64,000 nucleotides of DNA from the human T2T-CHM13v2.0 reference genome, Homo sapiens. Shown here piece after piece: positions 1 through 17,592 of this stretch. Positions within the stretch are counted from its first letter, which is position 1, and every line of letters starts with the position of its first letter. The notes beneath the pieces are model-generated. The model saw nothing but the letters and a program-made list of their open reading frames with translations, ran no database searches and was not told the DNA's origin. A program made the translations under genes and the position numbers. The DNA is taken from NCBI RefSeq assembly GCF_009914755.1, contig NC_060930.1, one strand, 5' to 3'.

Positions 1-1090
1 TGAAGGCATAGTTGCATTTGACAATGCCTACAGAGAATAAGAAAGAAGCCACTACTATTTTTTTATGAAAGGTCAAATGTTATGTTTTTTCCAATGACTA
101 TCACAAAGAAAATTTAAAAAATTGAGAGACCTCAAGGGATGGAATAGCAAATAAAAGAGGAGATGTACGAACAGTTAGGGTGTTAATTATGGAATACTGC
201 AAAATCCAAAGAGATTATTCAGAAATATGGGGCACTATAAGGATTTACGTTTAAAAGCAAGTAATAATTTTGATTGACTTAATATTTGCTGGACAAATGG
301 AGCATTTTGTGTTTCAGAGCTTGTTCTTGATAATAAGTTCATATAGCTTTCAGAAATATAAAAGAAAAATTTACATTTATAGACAGATTAAGTGGGAATA
401 ATTTATGTTATAATAAACTACTGCAAGATTTTATAAAGAGACACTCCACCAGTCTGGTTAAGTGTTTATGAATACATAAATATCTACTTGAATCAGAGTC
501 TGACTCTGTGAAGCAGAAGAGCCTAAACCTGAAGTATTTGAAATCCCTACTTAAATGATTTGAAAGTGGAGACACCATTTAAAGTATTATAATGTAATTA
601 ATTGGGAAACATATAAGTCCTACCCACTGGAAAAAATGTGATATCTTTGGATGTGAACTTTGATTATCTTATGAATCTTCCTGATGATGTTGATATTGTT
701 CATTATAAAAATAAGCAAGGGGAATAAAGCACTTAAAACATTACTGTTATACAAAAATAATTTTCTCTTGTCTCTAAAGCTATGTACAATTCACCTTGTA
801 TATCTGTAGAGATACTCAAATAAATTGATAAAATTTGGAGAGTAATATAAATAGAGGCTTATATTTGACTTTAAAATGCATACAGAGAAATAAAACTGCT
901 TCATATAAGTAAAAGATTAATTTAGGTTGATTAACATATTTAATTTAGAATTACTTCCTTAGTATTAAAAATTAATGTTTAACTTTAAAAATAGACTTTA
1001 GAGGTAATTTGTGCTCTGAATGATTGATTTGTGGAGGCTAAATAAACCTGGAAAGAAATACTGATCTGAGAGTTAAAAATACAAAAACAT

Positions 1091-1425
<335 letters not shown>

Positions 1426-1619
1426 CTAAAAGTGATGCCCAAGTGAAAGCTTAACCATGAACTGAAGATTCTGTTCTAAATTTTCTTGAAAAGATTATAT
1501 TTATTAGATATTGGCTTGCCAGAAATGGAAGGGTAGAAGTAGAGAATTATAGAGTTATATACTCACTACATACTCCAGCCCTGTGGAGGGCAGAGGCTAC
1601 TCTCAACTAATGATGTGGC

Positions 1620-1690
1620 TGGGAATATGAATTCTGACGTCAGAAGAAATGGATTCAAATACTGAAATACTGACTCATACTTAATCACAG
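1620..1690 (+). mobile_element. MIR SINE fragment (5' part, interrupted by MLT1 LTR)
   Basis: GGATTCAAATACTG...ACTCATACTTAATCACAG resembles the MIR core; it resumes as TGTGACC...CACATCTATAAAATG at 3223. Confidence 0.55.
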
Positions 1691-3217
1691 TGTGGTAGGA
1701 AGACTTCTAAGATGGTCTCTAAAGATCTCCGTCTTATAGTAGTTATGCCCCTGTGTAATCCTCTTCTCTGGATTGCAGGCTGGACCTAATGATTTGAATA
1801 TAACCAATGTAATACAGCAAAGGTGATGGGATACCTCTTCCATGATGAGGTTACAAAAGATTGTAATTTCTATCTTGCTAGCAGACCATCTATTGCCTTC
1901 TCAACTTCCCTTATATGAGAAAGCAAGCTGCCATGGAGAGGTCCATGTGGCAATGAACTGAACTTGACCTCCAGTCAATAACTTGCAAGGAACTGAATAT
2001 AGCCAATAACTATTGAATTAGCTTAGAAGCAGATACTTCTCCAGTTGAATCTTCAAATGAGACTGTACTCATTTGGCCAACACTTTTATTACAGTCTCTT
2101 GAGAAAACAAGAAGAGGGGACTTAAGTAAAGTGTAGCCAAATTCTTTTTATTTTATTTTATTTTATTTTATTTTATTTTATTTTAAGTTCCTGGGTACAT
2201 GTGCAGGATGTTCAAGTTTGTTACTTAGTTAAAACTGTGCCAAGGTGGTTTGCTGCACCTATCAACCCATCACTTAGGTATTAAGCCCAGCATGCATTAG
2301 CTATTTTTCCTTTCACCCATTCAACAGGCCCCAGTGTGTGTTGTTCCCCTCTCTGTGACTATATGCTCTCATTGTTCAGCCTCAACTTATGAGTGAGAAC
2401 ATGTGGTTTTTCATTTTCTGTTCTTGCACTAGTTTGCTGAGGATAATGGGTTCCAGCTCCATTCACGTCCCTGAAAAGAACATGATCTCATTCGTTTTTT
2501 TATGGCTGCATAGTATTCCATGGTGTATATATACCACATTTTCTTTTTCCACTCTATCATTGATGGGCATTTAGGTTGATTCCATGTTTTTGCTATTGTG
2601 TCTTTATAATAGAATGATTTATATTCCTTTGAGTATATACCCAGTAAAGGGATTGCTGGGTCAAATGGTGTTTCTGCCTCTAGGTCTTTGAGGAATCACA
2701 CACTGTCTTCCACAATGGTTAAACTGATTTACATTCCCACCAGCAATGTAGAAACATTCCTATTTCTCTGCCACCTTGCCAGCATCTGTTGTTTCTTAAC
2801 TTTTTAATAATTACCATTCTGACTGGCATAAGATGGTATCTCATTGTAGTTTTGATTTGCATTTCTCTAATAATCAGGGATATTGAGATTTTTTCATATG
2901 TTTGTTGGCGCATAAATGTCTTCTTTTGATAAATGTCTGTTCATGTCCTTTGCCCACTTTTTCATGGAATTGTTTCTTTGTTTTTTTCTTATAGATTTGT
3001 TTCAATTCCTTATAGTTTCTGGATATTAGGTCTTTGTCAGATGGATAAACTGCACAAATTTTCTCCCATTCTGTAGGTTGTCTGTTCACTCTGATGATAG
3101 TTTCTTTTGCTGTTTAGCCAAATTCTTAACCCACACAAACTGCAGTAATAAACTGGCATTGTGTTAAGCCCCTACGTTTTGTAGTAATTTGTTACACAGC
3201 TATAGATAGCTAGTACA
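1691..3217 (+). mobile_element. MaLR solo LTR, MLT1F/E-like, split by an L1PA insertion (LTR parts 1691-2146 and 3128-3217)
   Basis: TGTGGTAGGAAGACTTCTAAGATGG start, GCAAGCTGCCATG motif, TAATTTGTTACACAGC...TAGTACA end; TG...CA termini; 5-bp TSD CACAG/CGCAG. Confidence 0.8.
2147..3114 (-). mobile_element. 5'-truncated L1PA (older, about L1PA8-13)
   Basis: Reverse-complement L1 3' UTR and ORF2 C-terminus ([15 protein letters not shown]); (TTTTA)n tail at 2146-2185; 13-bp TSD TAGCCAAATTCTT at 2134-2146 and 3115-3127. Confidence 0.93.
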
Positions 3218-3222
3218 CGCAG

Positions 3223-3350
3223 TGTGACCATTAACAAGATTTCTTAATTTCTCAAGCATTTAGTGTTCACATCTATAAAATGACTATAATTAGAATAGCT
3301 ATGCTACTGTGTGAAAAGCGCTTTATCCTATGAATGGTAGTGACTACTGG
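3223..3350 (+). mobile_element. MIR SINE fragment (3' part)
   Basis: TGTGACCATTAACAAGATTTCTTAATTTCTC...TTCACATCTATAAAATG matches the MIR core pattern. Confidence 0.6.
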
Positions 3351-3601
3351 AAAATATAGCAGGTCCCAATTAAAAATGCATATCTTATTTGAATAAATTC
3401 TGAACTAAATTGAATATAACGCATAGTAAAGCAGATTAGAAAAATTGTCTTAATGTAGATAAAGCTGAACTGAGTCTGAATCATGGTTTATATCTATAGA
3501 CAGGTATTCTTAAAAATACTGAGTCCTAGATACAGGCAGAATTTTGCAGCCAGTAACAGCAGCACCAGATCTAGAAAGCTCTTCCCACATAGGAGGCTTA
3601 C

Positions 3602-3663
3602 TTCTGTAAGATTTACAGCATGGAAAATAAGATAAGCATTTTCATTGTCTGGGATCATCATTT
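3602..3663 (-). CDS. Candidate 62-nt coding exon of an unidentified gene ((K)MMIPDNENAYLIFHAVNLTE)
   Basis: Minus-strand acceptor with a long pyrimidine tract (cctcttcctctctttctctcttctctctttctcttag) and donor GAA|gtaagc; only the phase-1 frame is open, matching candidate exon 17392-17436. Confidence 0.35.
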
Positions 3664-6600
3664 CTAAGAGAAAGAGAGAAGAGAGAAAGAGAGGAAGAGG
3701 TTGACCAAGGCTTGTTAATTTTTTTTTTCTTCAAAACATACCAATCAGATCATGGTTTCTCCAGTATAGGAACAGAGCATATGAAAATACAGAAGACATG
3801 AAGGGGCCTCAAGATTTATGCTAAAGAAAATCCTTCCATGTGGAAACATTAAGAATAGCTCATAGGAGGCAGAGCAAGGTAGCCAAACAGAAGCCTCCGG
3901 TGATTTTCCCTCTGCAAGAACTTTAAATTGAGCAACTATCCACACAAGAAATCATCTGCACAAGAACTGAAAATCAGGTGAGTGATTACAGTATCTGATT
4001 TTAACACCCTATCAAGGAAAAGAGGCACTAAAGAGGCTAGGAAAGACAGTCTTGAATTGTCGGCCCCAGCTGTCCCTGATCCCCTGGCAATGGTCATGTG
4101 GTTGCATGGTAGGGAGAGAAAATCTGTGTGATAGGGGGAGGGAGAGTGCAGTGATTGTGGGCCTCTGCAGTAGAACTCAGTGTGGTTCTGTAACAGTGGA
4201 AAGCAACACAGGGAAGAATTCAGCCAGCACCCAAGGAATGAACATTTAGGTCAGCCCTAGCCAGAGGGGAATCATCTACCCCAGTGGGCAGAATATGAGT
4301 TATGACTAGCCACACACCACACTAAAGTGTTCTAGGGTCTTAAGAAAAGTTGAAAGACAATCTAGGCTACAAGGACTGTAATTCCTGGACAAGTACTGCT
4401 TCTGGGCTGGGCTCAGAGCCAGTGGACTTGGAGTGTATGTGATCCACTGAGACAACAGCTGGGGCGACCAAGAGAGTGCTTGTGTCACCCCTTCTCAACC
4501 ACAGGCAGGGCAGCTTACTGCTCCTGGAGGGACTCTTTCCTTCCACTTGAGAAATGGAGAGGGGAGGGTAAAGAGGACTTAGTCTTACAACTTGGATACC
4601 AGCTTAGCCACAGTAAAATAAAGCACCAAAAGAAGTCTTGAAGTCCCAGTTCCAGGCCTTAGTTCCCAGGCAACATTTCCAGAAAATCCCTGGAACAGAA
4701 GGAAACCAACTTTCCTGAAGGGAAGAACTTAGTCTTAGCAGGATTCATCATCAGCTGACAAAAGAGCCCTGCGGCTTTGAATAAATATCAGTGGTAGCCT
4801 GACAGTACTCACCATGGTCATTGGACAAGACCCAGTACCATACTGGCTTCAAGTGTGACTCAGCACATTCCCAGCTGTGGTGGCCACAAGGAGAAACTCC
4901 TACTTGAGGAAAGGAAAAGGAAGAGTAAAAAGGACTTTGTCCTGTAACTTGGGTAACAGCTCAGCAGCAGTAAAATAAAGCACTGAGCAGACCCCTGAAG
5001 TCCCCGATTCCAGGCCTTTGCTCCTAGATGTCACTGTTAGACCTGCCAAGGTAATCTAAGGAATTCTCACAGATCTCACCCAAGAGCACCAAGGCAGTAC
5101 CTCTTCAAATCTGCAAATGTCACAGCATTGCTGGGCTTGATATGTCTCCTAATGCAGGTATGGCTGCAGTGACCAAAGTCTTAGATCACAACACTTAATT
5201 CCCTTTGAATATTTGGAAGACTTTCCCAAGAAGGGCAGGAAGAAACAACCCCAGACTGTGAAGACTACAATATATACCTAACTCTTCAATGACCAATCAT
5301 TGACTAAAATCTACAAACATCTAGACCATCCAGAAAAACATGATATCACTGAATGAACCAAATAAGACACCAGTGACTAATCCTGGAGAGACAGAGATAT
5401 GTTACCCTCAGACAGAGACTTCAAATTTTTTTGAGGAAGCTCAACAAAATTCAAGATAAAACAGAAAAGGAATTTAGAATCCTATCTGATAAATTTAACA
5501 AAGAGATTGAATATTTATTTAAAATCAAGAAGAAATTCTGGAGCTGAAAATTTAATAGACATACTGAAGAATGCATTGGAGTCCCTCAACACCAGAATTG
5601 ATAAACCAGAAGAAAGAATTGTGAGATTGAATACAGGCTATTTTATAATACATAGTCAGAGGAGACAAAAGAATAATAAATAAAATAGAATGAAGCATGA
5701 CTGCAAGATTTAGAAAATAGCCTCAAAAGGGCAAATCTAAGAGTTATTGAAGAGGAAGCAGAGAAAGACATTGGGGTAGAAATTATATTCAAGGGGATAA
5801 TAACAGATAACTTTCCTAACCAGATAAATATACAAATATTCAAGTACAAGAAAGTTATAGAATATCAAACTGGTTTAACTTCAATAAGACAACTTCGATA
5901 TTTCATTCAAATAGAAACCAACAATGAGCAGGAGTAGCTAAGCTTACATCAGACAAAATTATTTCAAGACAAATACTAGAAAGAGCCAAAGATGGTCATT
6001 ATATATTGATAAAGGGGTTAATTCACAAAGAGTATAAAAATTGTAAATATGTGCACCCAATCCTGGAGCACCCAGATATATAAAGCAAATAGTATTAGAG
6101 CTAAAGTGAGAGAGAGACTCCAATGCAATAATAGCTGGAGACTTCAACACTCCACTTACAGCATTGGACAGATCATCCAGACAAAAAATCAACAAAGAAA
6201 CATTAGACTTAATGTGCAATATAGGCCAAATGGTCCTAATAGATATTTAAAGAACATTTTATCCAACAGTTGAAGAATACATATTCATCACCTCAGCACA
6301 TGAATCATTCTCAAAGACAGACCATATATTAAGCCACAAAACAAACCTTAAAGATTTCAAAATAATTGAAACCATATCAAGTATCTTCTCTGACACAGTA
6401 GAACAAAATGAGAAATTAATAGCAAGAGGAAGTTTGGAAACTATACAAACACATGGAAATTAAACAACATGCTGCTGAATGACCAGAAGGTTAATGAAGA
6501 AATCAAGAAGGGAATTTAAAGATATCTTGAAACAAAGGAAAATGGAAACACAACAAACCTATGGGATGCAAGGAAAGCAGTACTGAGAGGAATGTTTATT

Positions 6601-7765
6601 CAAATGAGCAGCTACATCGAAAAAGTAGAAAAACTTTAAATAAAAAAATTAATAATGCATCTTAAAGAACTAGAAAAGTTAGAGCAAACAAAACCCAAAA
6701 TTAGTAGAAGAAAAATTATAAAGAAAACAGCAGAAATCAATGAAATTGAAACAAAACACAAAAGATAAATGAAACAAAAAGTTTGTTTGTGAACAGATAA
6801 ACAAAATCAACAAATCTTTAACTAGACTAAGAAAAAAAGAAAGAAGACCCAAATAAATAAAATCCAATATGAAAATGGAGAAATTACAACTAACACAGCA
6901 GAAATTCAAAGAATTATTAGAAACTAATATGAGCAACTATATGCCAATAAACTGGAAAACCTAGAAGAAATGGATAAATTTCTAGACATATACAACCTGC
7001 AAGATTGAAACATGAAGTCTAAAACTTTAGTAGACCAATAATAAGTAATGAGATCAAAGCCATAATAAAAAGTTTCCTGCAAAGAAATGCTCAGGACTTG
7101 ATGTCAATTTTACCAAATATTTAAATAAGAAATAATATCAGTCCTACTCAGAATATTATGAAAAATGGAGCAGAAGAGAATACATCCAAACTTATTCTAC
7201 AAGGCCAGCATTAGCCTGATACCAAAACAAAAGACACTTCAAAAATGAAAACTACAATATCCTTCATAAACACTAATGCAAAAATCCTCAATAAAATGCT
7301 GACAAACCAAATTCAACACCACAAAAAAGATCATTCATCATAACCAAGTAGGATGTATCCTAGGGATGCAAGGATGGCTTAATGTATGCAAATCAACCAA
7401 TGTAATACATCATATCAACAGAATGAAGGAAAAACTTTATGATTATTTCAATTGATGCTGAAAAGCATCTGATAAAATTCAACATTCCTTCACGATGAAA
7501 ACCCTCAAAAAACTGGAAATAGAAGGAACATACCTTGACACAATAAAACCCATATAAGACAGACCCACAGCTGCTATTATACTGAACAGGGAAAAACTGA
7601 AAGCCTTTCCTATAAGATCTAGAGCAAGACAAGGATGCTCATTTTCACCACTGTTATTCAACATAGTACTAGAAGTCCTAACTATAGCAAACAGAAAATA
7701 GAAACAAATAAAAGGCATCCACATTGGAAAGGAAGAAATCAAATTACTCTTGATGATATTATCTT

Positions 7766-8162
<397 letters not shown>

Positions 8163-9393
8163 TAAAATCAACATAGAAATCAGGAGCATATTTATATGAC
8201 AACAGTGAACACTCTGAAAAAGAAATCAAGAAAGTAATCCCATTTACAATAGCTACAAATAAAATAAAAGAGCTAGGAATAAATTTAACCAAAGAAGTGA
8301 AGATATTTACAATGAAAACTATAAAACATTGGTGTGGAGCCAAGATGGCCAAATAGGAACAGCTCCAGTCTACAGCTCCCAGCGTGAGCAACGCAGAAGA
8401 CAGAAGACGGGTGATTTCTGCATTTCCAACTGAGGTACCGGGTTCATCTCACTGGGGAAAGTCGGAAAGTGGGTGCAGGACAGTGGGTATAGCGCACCCA
8501 GCATGAGCAAAAGCAGGTTGAGGCATCACCTCACCTGAGAAGTGCAAGGGGTCAGGGAATTCCCTTTCCTAGTCAAAGAAAGGGGTGACAGATGGCACCT
8601 GGAAAATCGGGTCACTCCCACCCTAATACTGTGCTTTTCCAACAGTCTTAGTAAATGGCACACCAGGAGATTATATCCCGCTTCTGGCTTGGAGCTTCTG
8701 GCTTCTGGCAGGAGATTATATCCCGCTTCTGCCCACCGAGCCTCGCTCATTGCTAGCACAGCAGTCTGAGATCAAACTGCAAGGCAGCAGCAAGGCTGGG
8801 GGAGGGGCGCCCACCATTGCTGAGTCTTGAGGAGGTAAACAAAGCCTCCTGGAAGCTCGAACTGGGTGGAGCCCACTGCAGCTCAAGGAGGCCTGCCTGC
8901 CTGTGTAGACTCCACCTCTGGGGGCAGGGCAAAGCCAAACAAAAGGCAGCAGAGTCCTCTGCAAACTTAAGTGTCCCTGTCTGACAGCTTTGAAGAGAGT
9001 AGTGGTTCTCCCAGCACGCAGCTGGAGAGCTGAGAACAGACAGACTCCCTTCTCAAGTGGGTCCCTGACCCCTGAGTAGCCTAACTGGGAGGCACCCCCC
9101 AGTAGGGGCAGACTGACACCTCACACTGCTGGGTACTCTTCTGAGACAAAACTTCCAGAGGAACGATGAGGCAGCAACATTTGCTGTTCACCAAAATTTG
9201 CTGTTCTGCAGCCTCTGCTGCTGATACCCAGCCAAACAGGGTCTGGAGTGGACCTCCAGCAAACTCCAACAGACCTGCGGCTGAGAGTCCTGACTGTTAG
9301 AAGGAAAACTAACAAACAGAAAGGACATCCACACCAAAATCCCATCTGTACGTCACCATTGTCAAAGACCAAAGGTAGATAAAACCACAAAGA

Positions 9394-10400
9394 ATGGGAA
9401 AAAACAGAGCAGAAAAACTGGAAACTCAAAAAATCAGAGCGCCTCTCCTTCTCCAAAGGAATGCAGCTCCTCACCAGCAACGGAACAAAGCTGGACAGGG
9501 AATGACTTTGACGAGTTGAGAGAAGAAGGCTTCAGACGATCAAACTACTCCGAGCTAAAGGAGGAAGTTCGAACCCATGGCAAAGAAGTTAAAAACCTTG
9601 AAAAAAAATTAGACGAATGGCTAACTAGAATAACCAATGCAGAGAAGTCCTTAAATGACCTGATGGAGCTGAAAACCAAGGCACAAGAACTACATGACAA
9701 ATGCACAAGCCTTGGTAGCCAATTCAATCAACTGGAAGAAAGGGTATCAGTGATGGAAGAGCAAATGAATGAAATGAAGCACGAAGAGAAGCTTAGAGAG
9801 AAAAGAAATGAACAAAGCCTCCAAGAAATAGGGGACTATGTGAAAAGACCAAATCTATGTCTGATTGGTGTACCTGAAAGTGACGGGGAGAATGGAACCA
9901 AGTTGGAAAACACGCTGCAGGATATTATCCAGGAGAACTTCCCCAATCTAGCAAGGCAAGCCAACATTCAAATTCAGGAAATACAGAGAAGGCCACAAAG
10001 ATACTCCTCGAGAAGAGCAACTCCAAGACACATAATTGTCAGATTCACCAAAGTTGAAATGAAGGAAAAAATGTTAAGGGCAGCCAGAGAGAAAGGTCGG
10101 GTTACCCTCAAAGGGAAGCTCATCAGACTAACAGCGGATCTCTCGGCAGAAACTCTACAAGCCAGAAGACAGTGGGGGCCAATATTCAACATTCTTAAAG
10201 AAAAGAATTTTCAACCCAGAATTTCATATCCAGCCAAACTAAGCTTCATAAGTGAAGGAGAAATAAAATCCTTTACAGACAAGCAAATGCTGAGAGATTT
10301 TGTCACCACCAGGCCTGCCCTACAAGAGCTCCTGAAGGAAGCACTAAACATGGAAAGGAAAAACCAGTACCAGCCACTGCAAAAACATGCCAAATTGTAA
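9394..10400 (+). pseudogene. L1 ORF1p (RNA-binding chaperone), frameshifted just after the ATG
   Basis: ATG at 9394 is out of frame with the long open stretch 9516-10400 (YVKRPNL...RRATPRHIIVRFTK...QKHAKL); length 1007 nt versus 1017 nt in L1-B. Confidence 0.92.
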
Positions 10401-10448
10401 AGACCACTGAGGCTAGGGAGAAACTGCATCAACTAAGGAGCAAAATAA

Positions 10449-14873
<4,425 letters not shown>

Positions 14874-17391
14874 ACAATGAGAACACATGGACACAGGAAG
14901 AGGAACATCACACACAGGGGCCTGTTGTGGGGTGGTGGTAGGGGGGAGGGATAGCACTAGGAGATATACCTAATGCTAAATGACAAGTTAATGGGTGCAA
15001 CACCAACATGGCACATGTGGCCCATGTAAACATATGTAACTAACATGCACGTCGTGCACATGTACCCTAAAACTTAAAGTATAATAAAAAAAAGAAAACT
15101 ATAAAACATTGATGCAAGAAGTTCAAGATGACATACACACACAAATGAAAGTATATTCTATGTTCATGGATTATAAGAGTCAACACTGACAAAATGTTCA
15201 TACTACTCTAAACATTCTATAGGCTCGATGCAATTCCTATTAAAATACCAATGACATTATTCACAGAAATAGAAATATAATCCTAAAATCTATATGAGAC
15301 CACAATGGACCCAGAATAATCAAAGCCACCCTAAGCAAAAGAACAAAACTGGAGAAATCACATTATATGAATTAAAATTATAGTACAGAGCTATAGTAAC
15401 CAAAACAGTATGGTACTGGCAAAAAAAAAAAAAAAAAAAAAAAAAGACACAGTCTAATGGAACACAATAGAGAACCCAGAAATAAATCCTTGTATCTACA
15501 GTGAAGTCATTTTTATCAAAAGTTCCAAGGATCTACATTGGGGAAAAGGACAGTCTCTTCTATGAATGGTACTCAGAAAACTGGATATCCATATGCAGAA
15601 GAATGAAACTAGACCCGTATCTCTTGCCATATACAAAAATCAAATCAAAATAGATTAAAGGTTGAATTTAAGATCTCAAACAATAAAACTACTAAAAAAG
15701 TAAACATTGGAGAAACTTTCCAGGATATTGGTCTGGGCAAAGATTTCTTGAGTAATACCCCAAGTAATACAAATACAAACACAGGCAACCAAATAAAAAA
15801 ATGGACAAATAGAATTGCATCAATAAAAAAAGCTTTTGAACAGAAAAGAAAACAATCCTTTGTCTTATAGAATGAGAGAAAATATTTGCAAACTATTTAT
15901 ATGACAAGGAATTAATAACTGGAATATATAAGGAACTCAAATAAGTCAATAGACAAAAATCTAATAACCCAATTTAAAAATGGACAAAAGATTTGAATAG
16001 ACATTTTTCAAAGGAAAACATACAAGCAACCAACAGACATATGAAAAGATGCTCAACATCATTGACCATCAGATAAATGCAAACCAAACTATAATGAAAT
16101 ATCTTGCCTCAGTTAAAATGGCTTTTATTCAAAAGACGGGCTATAATATGCTAGTGAGTATGTGGACAAAAGAGAATCCTTGTACACTGTTAGAGGGAAT
16201 GTAAGTTAGTATAACCACTGTGAAGAACACTATGGAAGTTCCTCAGAAAACTTCCATATGATGCAGCAATCCATCTGCTAGGTTTATACCCAAGAAGAAG
16301 GAAATCAATATGTTGAAGAGATGTCTGCACTCCTATGTTTATTGTAGTACTGTTCACAATAACCAAAATTTGAAAGTAATCTAAGTGTTGGTCAATAGAT
16401 GAAGAGATAAAGAAAATGTAATTAAGTACTATTCAGCCATAAAATAAAATGAGATCCTGTCATTTGCAACAACATGGATGGAACTGGAGGAAATTATATT
16501 AAGTGAAATAAGCCAGGCACAGAAAGGGAAATTTTGCATGCTCTCACTCACTTGTGGGAGCTAAAAATTAAAACAAAGGACCTCATGGGGAGAGAGAATG
16601 GAATGATGGTTATCAGAGGCTGGGAAGGATAGTGGGAGTCAGGGGAGTGGGGATGGTTAATGGGTATAAAAAATAGAGTTATAAAAATGAATAAGATCTA
16701 GTATTTGATAGCACAATAGGGTGACTGCACTCAATAATAATTTATTGTACATGTTAAAATAACTAAAATAGTAAAATTGAATTATTCATAACACAACAAA
16801 TCGATAAATGCTTGAGGTGATGGATACTCCACTTACCCTGATGTGATCATTATGTATTATAGGTCTTTAACACAATATCTCATGTATCCTACAAATATGT
16901 ATGTACCTACTACTTACCCACAAACCAAAAAATAGCTAGTAAAAGTAGAAGTAATGACAGTAGTGTGAATAATCATAAACATAGTAGTAATAGTAGTGGA
17001 AGCAGTAGTAATAATATTATTAATTTTGTGGTTAATGGGATTGGTAAAACAAGTCAGTAGAAATGGTCATTTCAGACTTTTTGTGGACAAAATGTAATAA
17101 GTGTGAATATTATTTTATAATTTCTTTTGATAAATTCCACACATATTAAGAAATCTTACGAGTATAATTTGAATTAGCAAGTAGATCTGCCTATAAACAA
17201 AGTATAATCAATCATCAATCCAATTAATAGTTATATTTGTTAAAATAATAAATTAGTATTCTGATTTTTATGCATGTGTTCTAATTACCATTGAGTTAGT
17301 TGCCTTTGGCTGCACTAAGGAAATCAAATTTCTAAGCTTAATAGCTTTTCATTACAGAATACCATGCTATATAGTGAAAACACCAACATAC

Positions 17392-17436
17392 TGCCATCCC
17401 ACGGAGATCCGATTAAGGAGCCAGCCAAATTTCCCT
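17392..17436 (-). CDS. Candidate 45-nt exon ((E)GNLAGSLIGSPWDG)
   Basis: Acceptor gtgtttcag, donor GCA|gtatgt; GC-richer than its flanks with two retained CpGs; phase 1-1, in frame with neighbouring candidates. Confidence 0.4.
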
Positions 17437-17512
17437 CTGAAACACATTCTTCAAATTGCAGTAAATGTTGATAAACCACATAAATCACCTGGATTAGCTT
17501 CAGAGTACTTAC

Positions 17513-17592
17513 CAGTGGTTATTATCATCTTAAATTTATGTATTTGCTTTGTTCCACTTAAACCATTCAACTTTACTGATCTTAGAGTAGCT
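17513..17592 (-). CDS. Candidate 80-nt exon (ATLRSVKLNGLSGTKQIHKFKMIITT)
   Basis: Strong acceptor tttttttctgtcaccag and strong donor CTG|gtaagt; one open frame (phase 2 to 1); 76-nt intron to the next candidate. Confidence 0.4.

Noticed and set aside
1426-1484. Minus-strand TAG|gtgagt donor as the next exon after 3602-3663
   Set aside because: The better acceptors give stops in the required phase; only a weak acceptor keeps the frame open.
4540-5040. ~360-bp-spaced internal repeats (GGACTT...CAGTAAAATAAAGCAC...TTCCAGGCCTT)
   Set aside because: Tandem subunits are a normal feature of old L1M 5' UTRs; similar units occur in the second L1MA.
15421-15445. A25 run as a separate retro-insertion
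   Set aside because: It has no TSD and sits at an A-rich position of L1MA ORF2, so simple slippage expansion explains it.
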